A stretch of DNA of 64,000 nucleotides from the human T2T-CHM13v2.0 reference genome, Homo sapiens. Positions 1-14,289 of this stretch are shown here, in pieces. The translations under genes and the position numbers were made by a program. Positions within the stretch are counted from its first letter, which is position 1. Each line of letters starts with the position of its first letter. The notes under the pieces are model-generated. The model saw nothing but the letters and a program-made list of their open reading frames with translations, was not told where the DNA came from and did no database searches. Where the stretch lies: NCBI RefSeq assembly GCF_009914755.1, contig NC_060934.1. One strand, written 5' to 3'.

Positions 1-1340
<1,340 letters not shown>

Positions 1341-2135
1341 TTGACATCCAACCAAGATGTGTGCTCTGCTTCTACAACATATTGTACAATGTGTATTCTA
1401 TACAATGTACAATATCTATACCATAGATATTGTAGCCAGGGGCCACATTTAGTACCATGTTGCTTTGTGGTAGGACCACATGACTAATTCTCACTAATAA
1501 AAAGTAGAAATTGCATGTATCACCTCCAAAACAAAGTAGTTAAAACGTAGGTATCTGTCCACTTTCCTTTTTGTATTTTTCCACTGAAAGTACAGGATTC
1601 TGAGCCACTAGGGGTTACGGCAGCTGTAAGATAAAAGGCTTCTGGGTCTGCAAATTACTGCATGGAAGACTGTCTGCCAATATATTAGATGTATTAGTCC
1701 ATTTTCAAACTGCTATACAGAAATATCCAAGACTGGGTAATTTATAAAGGAAAGATGCTTAATTGACTCACAGTTCTGCATGGCTGGGGAGGCCTTGGAA
1801 ACTTACAATCATGGTGGAAGGAGAAGGGAAAGGAAGGACTTTCTTCACATGGCAGCAAGAGAGAGAAGAAAGCATGTGTAGAAGGAACTATCACTTATAA
1901 AGCCATCAGATCTTGTGAGAACTCACTCACTCTCAAGAGAACAGCATGGGGGAAACTGCCCCCATGGTCCAATCACCTCCCGCCAGGTTTCTCCCTAAAC
2001 ACCTGGCGATTACAATTTAAGATGAGATCTGGGTGGGGATACAAAGTCTAACCATATCATTAGGTGAAGATAAACTTGAATTACATTAAGCCACTGAGAT
2101 TATGGCTACTTTCATTAGAGTTTCCCTAACTAATT
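1341..2135 (+). mobile_element. MLT1-family LTR remnant split by a THE1D insertion
   Basis: ccacatgactaattctcactaat and the 3' signature ttaagccactgagatt...ccctaactaat. Confidence 0.55.
1690..2059 (-). mobile_element. THE1D (or MSTA) solo LTR, ERVL-MaLR
   Basis: tgtattagtccatttt...aaccatatca is the reverse complement of the THE1/MST consensus; near-matching 5-bp TSD ttaga (1685-1689) / ttagg (2060-2064). Confidence 0.9.
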
Positions 2136-2886
2136 CCTTAGGCTTAAAACTCGAGATGCCCAGGTGTGGTCTCTAAAAGCATTTATTCACCTCCAAAAAC
2201 CTTGTAGAAATGGCTGATTCAAGATCTGGAGCGGAGAAATGTAAGATGAGCCTAGAACATCTTGGCACTACAGAAAGCAAGGAAGCTGTCAAAATCCACT
2301 GCAGTCATGGACTCAGTGCCAACTTAAAGAGGCTTCCAACTAGCCAGAGTGAGGCATCAAAAACAGTAATAGATAGAATGGATTAAAATACATTTAGCAT
2401 GTTTAAATCCAGAAATTATAATAATACTTTAAAAAATACCCCAAAACATTATTTACCTTTAGAGGATACCTCAGGGAACCAACAAACCAAACTACTTAAT
2501 AAGGAAAAAATCAAATATTAATCCTGTCTTTACTTTAGAAACTGTACCTCAAAGTAACCAAATTGTTGATAAAAGCAAGTTTTTCTATGTCAAAATATTC
2601 CAGGTAATAAGTTAAGAAAGAATGACAGTTTTAGAATTTTTGTGATCCTAATGAAATGATGGATCAAAGCAATCATCATCAATGGCTGCTAAACCCATTA
2701 GCTGAAAATTTGATAGGGAATTTTATAATGGATGGATGGTCCAAGCTAATAATGCACAAACATGTTCACCAATGTTAACATCACAAAAAGAGAGACAGCT
2801 AGACAGCATGTGTTTCTATAGGAAAGCACACAATAGCACCTATGAAATATTCCTAGCAAAAAAAAATTAAATATAAATCTGGTTGA

Positions 2887-3230
<344 letters not shown>

Positions 3231-3374
3231 TAATTATTATTATAATTATACAAGAAATGCAGGAGATAGAGGCACATGATAACCAATATCACAGGGATGC
3301 AACCAGCAAAATCTAAACTGTGAGAAATTCTAAGAACAAATTACCTAATTCTCTCAAAAAATATATTACAAAGG

Positions 3375-3670
3375 GGCTGGGTGAGGTGGCTCATGCCTGT
3401 AATCCCAGCACTGTGGGAGGTCAAGACAGCCCAGGAGTTCGAGACCAGCCTGGGCAACATAGTGAGACCTTGTCTCTACAGAAAATAAAAAAAACATAGT
3501 TGGGCATGGTTGTGCATGCCTATAGTCCCAGCTATTCAGGAGGCAGAACTCAGAGGATGGCTTAAACCCAGGATGTTGAGGCTGCAGTGAGCCATGTTCG
3601 CGCCACTGGACTCCAGCCTGGAAGGCAGAGTGAGACCCTGTCTCAAAAACAAACACCAAAACAAATAAAC
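3375..3670 (+). mobile_element. AluJ
   Basis: J-type motifs (gcccaggagttcgagaccagcctgggcaacatagtgaga; gaggctgcagtgagccatg); TSD aaaaatatattacaa(a/c)gg on both flanks. Confidence 0.93.
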
Positions 3671-4907
3671 AAAAATATATTACAACGGGGAAAGGGGAGA
3701 AAGAGGAGGTCTGTTGATTAAGAGACTTAAGCCTATCAACCAAAGGCAACATGTACATCCTGATTGTAGCCTGACTCAAACAAGTCTATTATTTTAAAAA
3801 ATAATTTCAGAAATACAAACATTTAATGTTTCATGATATTAAGATTCTTAAATTGTTAGTGTGTGTAGCATTTTATTAAGGATACTGAAATTACTTATGG
3901 ATTGTCAATGATTCTAAAATTCTACTTTCGGGTAAATGGGGATAGAGTTACAAATGAAAAAGAAATTAGGTACCAGTTAAAATTGTTGAAGCTAGACTAA
4001 AGGTTACATGGAGGTTAATTATCTTATTCTAATTTTGCACATATATGAAATTTTCCATGATAAAAAGTTTAGGCAAAATAAACAATATCAATCTCATAGA
4101 AGCTCTTAATAAGTCTGATCCTAAAATCCAAATGCCTAGTAAATATTTATGCATCTTCTATATGAAATGGCATCATATAAACATGGTTTTTGTGCCTGTT
4201 ATAATCAACTAAGTTACTGATAGACTTTTTTTAAGCTCAAGGTAGCACGTTGACTTGGCTCATTAACCATGTGATGACAACTGAAGTCACAGATGACTGT
4301 GGCTTGAAGCAGGATAAAACTGGCAACATACAGCATGAAAGAAGAGAGCGCCTTAATCTCCATGGCAATGCCTTCATTCCATAGAAACAACAAAACTGGT
4401 TTAAAGAAAAAAAGGCATTGGTATGCCCAACCAGAAATAAAATAATCTTGTAATTCTTTCCTTTCAACAATTTTCATTCTGAGAGGTCTTAGATGGAAAA
4501 AGATTCCATTGGCTATTATGGATAATTTATCACCACCATTTTTTAAATGTACTATTTCAACAAACTTCCTTTCAGTATTGCTAAATTGCGATTGGTTTTC
4601 CTCTCAACCAATCCTAACTGAAGAAATAGCCTTCCTTTCAATTTCCACAATTTTGCCCCTCTCTAATAATTGTTTGCTGCTACTTGGATTTCTAAAAACA
4701 GTAGGTGTAGTCTTCAAGCCACAAATTCTTTTTTATGTTTACTCTGGATACACTTTATAAAAAGCACATAATGAAAATACACTTTAGACAAGTTTGATTT
4801 ATTCTATTTCTGTATTTCTCCTTCCAGGTGAGGATCTGAGAATAGTCCAGAACTATTTACTGAAGAATTCATGGCCAACTCTTGGAATCCAGTAACATAA
4901 TTTAGCC

Positions 4908-5170
4908 CTGCCCTATCCAATATCGTAGCCACCAGTCATATGTGGGGATTGCACCCTTGAAATGTGTTGAGTGTGAATAGGGATGTACTGTAAATGTAAA
5001 ATACACACTGGACACTGAAGACTCAGTATGGAAAAACATGTAAAATATCTCTTCAATAATTACTTATACTTACTACATGTTGTAATGATAATATTTTGAG
5101 TATATTAGATTAAAATGTTATTAAAATTAATTTCATCTCATTCACTTTACTTCTTTATGAGGCTATTTGG
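4908..5170 (-). mobile_element. MER33 (hAT-Charlie) DNA transposon fragment
   Basis: ctgccctatccaatatcgtagccaccagtcatatgtgg...tgtaaaatacacactgga matches the MER3/MER33 terminal and internal sequence. Confidence 0.75.
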
Positions 5171-5419
5171 GAACTACTTGAAAAGAAAACTGGCCAAGAT
5201 AAATGGAAATGTCAGTCAACCCACACAAATAATTGGGAACTGAGTGTTTCAGATTTAATGGTTCTAGTTTACTATGTTTTCAAGATCAACTTACAAGTGA
5301 AGAACAACATGAAGAATGGTTATATATATCTGCAGTAACATCTTAAGTATAGTTCATGAGTCTTTTGCCCAGCCTTTCTCAAAAGTCTTTGTGGCCATTT
5401 AGTAGACATGGACATTGGG

Positions 5420-5696
5420 AAATCTGCAGATACTCAAGTCCCTTCTACAAAACAGCATAGTATTCGCATATAACCTACTCACATGTTCCTGCATACTTTA
5501 AATCATCTCTAGACTACTTTTATAATACCTAATACAATGTAGATGCTATGTAAATAGTTGTTAAACTGTATTGGTTTTTTACTTGTATTTTTATTGTTGT
5601 ATTGTTATTTTTTATTGTTTATTTTTCCGACATATTTTCAATCCACAGTTTGTTGAATACGTGAATGCAGAACCCGTGGATACAGAGGGCCAACTG
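5420..5696 (+). mobile_element. MER2 (TcMar-Tigger), 5'-truncated
   Basis: ctcaagtccc...catataacctac...tttaaatcatctctaga...gaacccgtggatacagagggccaactg followed by TA. Confidence 0.88.
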
Positions 5697-6015
5697 TAGT
5701 TAATGACATTGAAGACACCATGCAGAAAGGTGCTGAAAACTAGCAGTTATCCCAGATACCTCAAAGGACACAAGTGTGCCAGAGAGCAAGAGACACAAAA
5801 CACAGGGGTAGCAGCAGGTTATTCACAGAAGTGATGACTGGGGTTGGCGTCCAGCAGCGATCATGACCAGCTCCATTAGTAAAGTCCTAACTGGACATTT
5901 TCTGGGGCATGACCTTGGCTGTATTATTTAGCTTGCCACATTCTTCTGCTTCTGCCATAATTCCAAGCCTTCTTCTCCAGGCTTCCATTCAAATCTGCAA
6001 ACTATCCAACATCCG

Positions 6016-6039
6016 TTATTTTTTATTTTTATTTTTATT

Positions 6040-6074
<35 letters not shown>

Positions 6075-6170
6075 TTTTTGTGGCAGAGTCTTGCTCTGTC
6101 AGCCATGGAGTGCAGTGGTGCAGTGGAGCAATTATGGCTTACTGCAGCCTTGACCTCCCAGGCTCAAGCA
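6016..6170 (-). mobile_element. AluJ right-arm fragment with (TTTA)n tail
   Basis: cagagtcttgctctgtc...actgcagccttgacctcccaggctcaagca. Confidence 0.85.
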
Positions 6171-6217
6171 AATATTCTTCAAATGGATGATTTTTCTGCT
6201 AAAGTTAGCCAGAATCA

Positions 6218-6991
6218 CAACCACTATGGAGAACAGTTTGTAGGTTCCTCAAAAAACTAAAAATTGAACTACCATATGATCCAGCAATCCCATTGTTGGG
6301 TATATACCCAAAAGAAAGGCAATCAGTATATCGACAAGATATCTGCACTCCCATGTTTCTTGCAGCACTGTTCACAATAGCCAAGATTTGGAAGCAACCT
6401 AAGTATCCATCAACATATGAATGGATAAAGAACAGGTGATACATATACACAATGGAGTACTATTCTGCCATAAAAAGAATGAGATCCAGTCATTTGCAGC
6501 AATGTGGATGGAACTGGAGGTCATTATTTTAAGTGAAATAAGCCAGGCACAGAAAGACAAATATTACATGTTCTCACTAAGTTGTGTGATCTAAAAATCA
6601 AGTCAATTAAACGCATGGACATAGAGAGCAGAAGCATGATTACCACAGACTTGGAAGGATAATGGAGGCTTGGGGGAGAGGTGGGAATAGTTAATGGGTA
6701 CGAAAAAATAGAAGGAATAAATAAGACCTACTATTTGATAGCACAACAGGGTGACTATAGTCAATAATAATTTAATTGTATATTTTGAAATAACAAAGAA
6801 TGTAATTAGTTTGTTTGTAACTCTAAGGATAAATGCTTGAGGGGATGGATACACCATTCTCCATGATGGGCTTATTTCACATTGAATGCATGTATCAAAA
6901 CATCTCATGTACCCCATAAATATATACACCTATTATGTACCCACAAGCTTTTTTTAATAATTTAAACATTTAAGAAAAAAATAGAAAAAAA
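6218..6991 (+). mobile_element. L1MA1-3-type 3' end, 5'-truncated
   Basis: ORF2 C-terminal remnant plus L1MA 3' UTR (ggataaatgcttgaggggatggata...gtaccccataaatatatacacc); perfect TSD taaagttagccagaatca at 6200-6217 and 6992-7009. Confidence 0.9.
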
Positions 6992-7047
6992 TAAAGTTAG
7001 CCAGAATCAGTTTCTTGTTTGCAACCAAGAACAATATTTTGATTTCA

Positions 7048-7504
<457 letters not shown>

Positions 7505-9885
7505 GAAATTTAGACTGAATTACTTCAAGACAGACTAGAGTTCGAGAGTATTCCCCTCACACACTCCTTCTGACTGTTCTGGTAGGCTCTTTGAGCTGTT
7601 GACTGGCTAAATATAACAAGAAGTTATTGATGAAAGTAACACTCCACAACGAATCCAGAGAAAACACACCCTAACCTTCTTTCCAAAGGCCCATATCCTG
7701 GTGGAGAGAAGGGGTAGAAAGAAAACTCTTTCCCTTTTTCTTCCCTCTTTTTGAAACCTACTTAGAATTTCTGTTAGTCAAGAGGCATGAATGACCCCTA
7801 ATGTCTTTGTTGAGATCAATATCACATAGAAGTTTTTAGAGTTGCCAAGGGCTACCTTAAAGATAATTAGCAGTGGCTAGAAAGATAACTGATATTTAAG
7901 TGAATACAGCAATTAATCTTAAGGATCTTTAAGCACCTATTAATTAACTCTTATTATCATAGGTCCTCCATATCCAAGGAACTGATGACCATTTTCCCCC
8001 AACCCTTTTAAGACATTCTGTGCCTGTCCTGTAGCTGGGAAGTAAAGAAATTTGTTTTAATCAAAACATACAAATTATTACCTTATGTAAAATGTTATCC
8101 ATGGATTTCTACCCCAGGATATCGTGCCTTGATCTCAAAGGACTCACTATAAAGAGAATTAAGTACTTAAGGGCAGGTAATATAGAATAATAAAAGGCAG
8201 CTTTAGGACAAATAGCCTCCAAATCTTTTTCATGTAGCAAATAAAACATTTTAATCCATAATTAGGAAAATTTTTTTTTAAATCATGACCTTTGAGGTTT
8301 CTATTGCTTTCTGGACATTCTCAATATTTCTAAAAGTATGAACAATGTTTATTCATCTCCTTTAGGGCCTTTAAGGCTAGGAGGCCAAATGTGTATTTAC
8401 TACAAGAAAATTAAATATGTACCAAAGGTAATTTTGATGAAAGGGCTCTAAGAAAAATATCTCCTGTTCAAGGGAACTGTGGTGAAGTGGATGGTTGCCT
8501 CACTCAAGTTTTAATCCATTAATTTTTCTGCTGACAAAAAAAGCTACAAACAGGAAAATGAAGGTATCTACATGGGTTTCTGTGAATGAAATGCCTGTAA
8601 GCTTTGACTTAAAAGTGGTTACAGTGAAAGCACATACTTACACATTAAAAATAGATGGCCTGGAACCAATATCTATTTTCCACATGCTCTAAAATGCAAA
8701 TTAGGATAAGTCACATGTTTACGTAGTCCCATTGAAGCTTCCTTCCCTACATCATTGCACTGGGCAAATGACCGATATTCATAGAAGAGATTTATAGAAC
8801 TAAAACTTATTAAAGAATTATCTGTTTTAATTTTCATAATTTTCATATGAAACATGAGAAAAAATTAAAATAATCAGTTTCTCTTCCTCTTCTCTCTTTC
8901 CCTGTTCATCTACCCATATAGAAATCTTTCTACCTACCTTTCTATATCTTTCCCTATAATCCTCTCAATGTTTCTTTGTAAAGATTGTTATAGCAGGGAC
9001 TATAGCCACAAAAAGACTCACACAATCTTAGGCTAATCCCCGGACTACAGCTTTCACACCCATCATACTAGGCAACAGTTATTAATACAGTGTATGCTAC
9101 TTGGTCCTTCTGGGGCTTTCTCTAAAAATAATACATTTTTCAGTTAAAGACCTTATGAACTTCTTCGAAAAATCTGGATTATAGCATGTACCTGATTCTT
9201 TCCAGTCTTATTCTTTCAAAAATATATTATTTAATCATTCATTACATTTAATAACATTGTGCAAATTAATGTTAACTTACTATCATAGTTTTTGCATTTC
9301 AACCTATAAGGATAAGGATATATGCCTATTTTTACACACACACACACGACTATATGTGAAAAAAATATATATAAGAAAAGTAAAATGCAGACACAGCAAA
9401 TTTTTTATGAGTTTTGCCATTTGTGATCTGTAATTTATCTGCAGAAAATTTACATTCATAGTAATGTTGGTTTTTTTCAGGCATTCCTTTGTGAACTATT
9501 GCTATGTTATAGCAATAGTTTCACTATGATGAGGTCTTTGAGAGGTTTACAAGGGTTAGTCCTGCTGGTTGTGCCTGAGTAATGCATGTTCTCTGGCTTC
9601 CTCACAATCACCTTGCAGGGAATGATGACTGTTCTTTTCAGGCAGCCATTAGCAATTTCAGGCTGATTCTGGCTTAATGGGATCCTTTAGATTACTGCTA
9701 CTTCCAACAAGGTAAGTATCCCCTGAAGTCTATGGTGTCTGAAGGAGTGAAACATTCTAGAAAAAGAAATAAAATGTTCAGACCTTGATATGAAGCACAG
9801 AACCTGTCAACTCAAACAAGTCCCTGGAAAATCTATTTTTTTTAAAAATTGATGAACAGTAGCAGGTAAAAGAGCTTCACGTTTT

Positions 9886-10629
9886 TGTAACTGTCCCATG
9901 GCTTCTTCTTGCCCACAGCCCAGGGAGAGCTAACTTATCAAGATAGGAGAATTGCAATAGTGAAAGTTTAGTACATGTAGAGTCAAATAAACATGAGGCT
10001 GGAGTTTTATTACTACTCAAATCAGCTTCCACAAAAATTTGGAGGCTAGGGTTTTTGAAAGAGAGTTTGGCAGGCAGGGGGTTAGGAAATGGGGAATGCT
10101 GATTGGTTATGTTGAAATGAAATCATAGGGATTGGAGCTGTCTTCTTGCACTGAGTCAGTTCCTGGTTGGGGCCACAAGACAAGATGATCCAGTTTACTA
10201 GTCCAGATGGCACCAGTTGGTCTATCAGAATGCAGGGTCTGAAAAATGCCTCGAACACCAACCTTAGGTTTTACAATAATAATGTTATCTATAAGAGCAA
10301 CTGGAGTAGTTAGAAATCTTGCGGTCTCTGGCTGTGTGACTCCTGAGCTATAATTTCCAATCCTGTGGCTAATTTGTTAGTTTTTAAAAGGAGGTCTGGT
10401 CCCCAAACTAGAAGGGGGTTTATTTTAGGGAGGAACTGTTATCTTTGTTTCAAAGTTAAACTATGAACTAAATTCTTCCCAAAGTTAGTTTGCCTGCAAC
10501 CAGGAATGAACAAGGGTAGCTTGATAATTAAAAGCAAGATGGAGTTGGTTAGGTGAGATTTCTTTCACTGTCATAATTTTCCTATGTCAGATTTTTCTCA
10601 CTATCATAATTTTTGCCAAGGTAGTTTCA
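9886..10629 (-). mobile_element. LTR8-family (ERV1) solo LTR
   Basis: tgtaac...tcataatttttgccaaggtagtttca termini; internal ctgagtcagttcctgg and agaatgcagggtctgaaaaat; 4-bp TSD tttt. Confidence 0.85.
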
Positions 10630-11377
10630 TTTTCCCCAGATATTGCCAACAAGAAAGTAAAACAAAAACAAACAAAAAAAGGCACAAGAGGCCTGACTGA
10701 CAGTTCACACTGAATCCTTTCCCCGTAATTCTTCAGCTTGAGGCTCTTAACCTTTTTAATATTCCTAACAGCACGCCTGCAGTATCATGTACAGCATCCC
10801 TGCTAAGAGGCTCAGTGAGGAAAAGAAGAGAAATTTGAGAAATGTGGATTTTACCCGACATGAATAAGACTATGATACAAATAAGAATATAACACTTCTG
10901 GGATTGTCAGTTTTGCACATGTGAATTTGTTCTACATATTATATGTTCTCTTTAATAATTAGATACTGGGAAACTGTGCTGAAGGAAAAACAAATGCTTG
11001 AAATAGATCTTTAACAAGCTGTGAAATGGCTGAACACTCAACAATAATGAAATCACCAACACTGAAATTAAAATTTACCCAAATAAATCCACTGCTATGA
11101 ACATTAATAAGAACAATATTTTATATGTCAAATATGCATGCCCTAATCAAACATGGCAACAGTCGCATACACAGTTGCAGCCATTACCTTACTATACGCT
11201 ACGGTAGAATCAACTCTTATTTTTAATATTGTGTAAGAAATAATTTTCCAGATTGCCTATCCACTAAACCTGATAGGATTTTAGAATACATGTTGAGAAG
11301 TACCGATAGATTTGTCCACTGGATACTTTAATGGTCTTAATATAAAGTCAATAGTATATTAGACATGTTTCACTTTA

Positions 11378-11915
11378 AGCAAATCCAATATACAAAAGTA
11401 CATTTTTGAAACAAGTAAATTACAAGAAGACTACTTAAATCAAAAAATGAATTCATATCAGGGAATCCACTGAATATAGAATTCTCCTGATTAAAAAAAT
11501 GCAACTATTTAAATGTAATCTTTGAAACTCTTTTAGGATTCCCATCACTAATGTGAGTGCCCCCAAATAAGAAAACAGAAGCATGAAATCACCTGTTCCC
11601 TTACAAACTTTCTGTAGACTGGGACATTAGAAACCCCAAAATTAAATCAGATTTATAAGAAACCAAGTTTTTAAAATCAGTAAATTATAGAAAGACTATT
11701 TACATAAAAAATTGAATCCATACCGCATAAAAAGATTCAATCAATATGAAATTTTCCTGATTTAAAAAATGCAGTTATTTTAATGTATTCCTTAAAAATT
11801 CTTAGCATTCCCCTCCACTAAAGCGAGCCCCCAAATGTAAAAAAAATAGAAACCATTAAATCAACTGTTCTTTTACAGAGTTTTAGACCAGGAGACTACA
11901 AACCAAAAGCTCATC
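11378..11915. repeat. Diverged tandem duplication, two copies of ~265-270 bp
   Basis: 11403-11459 aligns ungapped to 11668-11724 (12 mismatches in 57 nt by hand); similarity continues through tcctgatt(a/t)aaaaaatgca, cccccaaat and aaatca(c/a)ctgttc. Confidence 0.85.
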
Positions 11916-13647
11916 TCAGAAATGTCTATCAATATTTAGCCAGAGGAATCCCTATGAATTCTCCCTCCTACCACACATGTTCTTTCTTCTTTTGATCTGC
12001 AGCAGTCAGATTAGGAATTACAAATGAGATGGGAAGCAAATAAAACAGACTGCCGAGATATCATAACATGAATGTAGCTTATGGGATTCTGTTGCCTTGT
12101 TTAATTGATTCAAATATACATTAGTAACCTGTATGCAAATCAGCAGGCAAATATGTTATCTACCTATACTACTGTATGTATTTAGCAGCCTCTCTGTTCA
12201 GGGTACCTTTCAAACTTCCCAGTGACCAGTCAAGCGATGGGCACAATCCCTGGTTATAACAGGCAGGCCAGAATGAGTGCTGTCATTTCCCGCCTCCTTC
12301 ACCTCCCCCAAGGCTTCTTGTCATCTCCCTTTGCTTAAATTAAATTCTACACACCCCTGAAGAATCAGCTCAAATCCTAGATGCCATAGAATTTCTCAAG
12401 AGTTTCAATAGAGCTTTCTTTCCTCTTTGTTCAAGCAATGTAATCAAAAGATCAACATGATTCATAATGGCAACTTTTGGTTTTGTTTTTTGTTAACTCA
12501 AGGAGAATAAAATCTCCTTGAGCAATAGGAACTGCAACCCTTTCTTAAGAATAACAAGATAAAATATCAAAATATTCTTATAAGGACTGAAGCAATTTTA
12601 CATATTTCTTCTTGTTTTCATAATTTTAAAGTATATATTCTAAAGTGGTTCACGAAGCTTGGTTCCTTTTTCTGAACTTCACATAATAAAATAGCTCTAA
12701 TACTTTCGGTAAGGTGATGCTAAAGAATATTCAATACATAGAGTTAATTATATTCCTAAAAATAAATTTGGGCAGAAGTCTTTGTTTGAAACTAACAGGT
12801 TGTGATAGAGAAATCCATTTCAACTTACAGCATCTTATTCTTTAAAAAAGAACAACAACAACTGGGGATCCAGGAACATCTGTTACATCGTAGCAGAAAC
12901 TAAGTTAGCTGAGTGTTATCAAATTAAAGTGCAGTTACACCTGCCCTAATAATCAGACAAGAGCCATACACAGTGTATCAACAACATCCCTTTGTTTAGC
13001 TTTGGTGATATCCATATACTTACGCAGTATTCTTTAAAAGTTTATTAAAGAGACAAATATTTCCCTTCTCTTTAACTCCTCAGTTCCTTAGCAAATCCTT
13101 CTTTCTAGGATACAAAAATAAATTGTACCTATCTTGCCTACTTTATCTAAAAATATTAAATTGAGCCTGACTAATGAAGTTTTTGTTATATTAACAATAA
13201 TGTTTCTTTATACAGAAAAGATTACCTTGGAAATGTAAAGCAAAGCAAGTGTATAAAATTAAACTCCAAGTGCTCATGAAAGGAATTGCTGTATTTGATA
13301 TAAGTCAAAATGTCAAAATTGTGACTATACTTAGTTATTCATTCCAAAGAAAGCTTTGTAAAACCCTTTATCAAAAAGTATTTTGCATGAAAGTAACGGT
13401 ACAAAATTAAATGTTTCCTCAGTAATCTCAAAGTTAAACATCAATGTATGGTTGAACCTATTCTGCTTTGCTAAATAGTAACATCACTATGACATAAAAG
13501 CAATTCATAGTGAACATTACATCAGAAATATTATTACTAAAATGAGAATTCCCTGAGGATGAATGATTAAATAAATAGGAAGGCTAATCCCTCAGTTGGA
13601 AATTAACTGTTAAAGACAAAGTTTTAACATTGTGTGTCTGGTAGTTA

Positions 13648-13957
<310 letters not shown>

Positions 13958-14289
13958 TGTGTTTGGTAGTTATGACAGACTCATCAGATGGTAAAAATTA
14001 AGAGCCCACTAACTTGGTAAGCAAGGTTTCTCTTCTACTACAAAATATGTTAACTAAGTTATAATGGACACGACTCCCTAACTTATTCCTAGTGTGTTAA
14101 TGTGGATATTCGATACCGCGCTTCTTTTAAAGTATTAATTAAAAATATAAAGTCAAATACTTTTAACATTACTCACATGAAAGGCTATTTCTATGTGAGG
14201 CAGTTTATATAACATCATCACCTTATCTTTTCTATTGATTCCTTTCTGCAATAATTTATTCCATTTCATCTACTAATTCTAACAGTTCT

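Larger units (their letters stand above)
5700..7035 (+). mobile_element. Old ERVL-class LTR remnant (LTR33/LTR67/LTR79-like) interrupted by Alu and L1
   Basis: ttccaagccttcttctccaggcttcc and the LTR 3' signature aagttagccagaatcagtttcttgtttgcaaccaagaac, which resumes after the L1. Confidence 0.5.

Noticed and set aside
8082-8146. Minus-strand exon-like segment
   Set aside because: Stops in all frames, and it resembles an L2 remnant.
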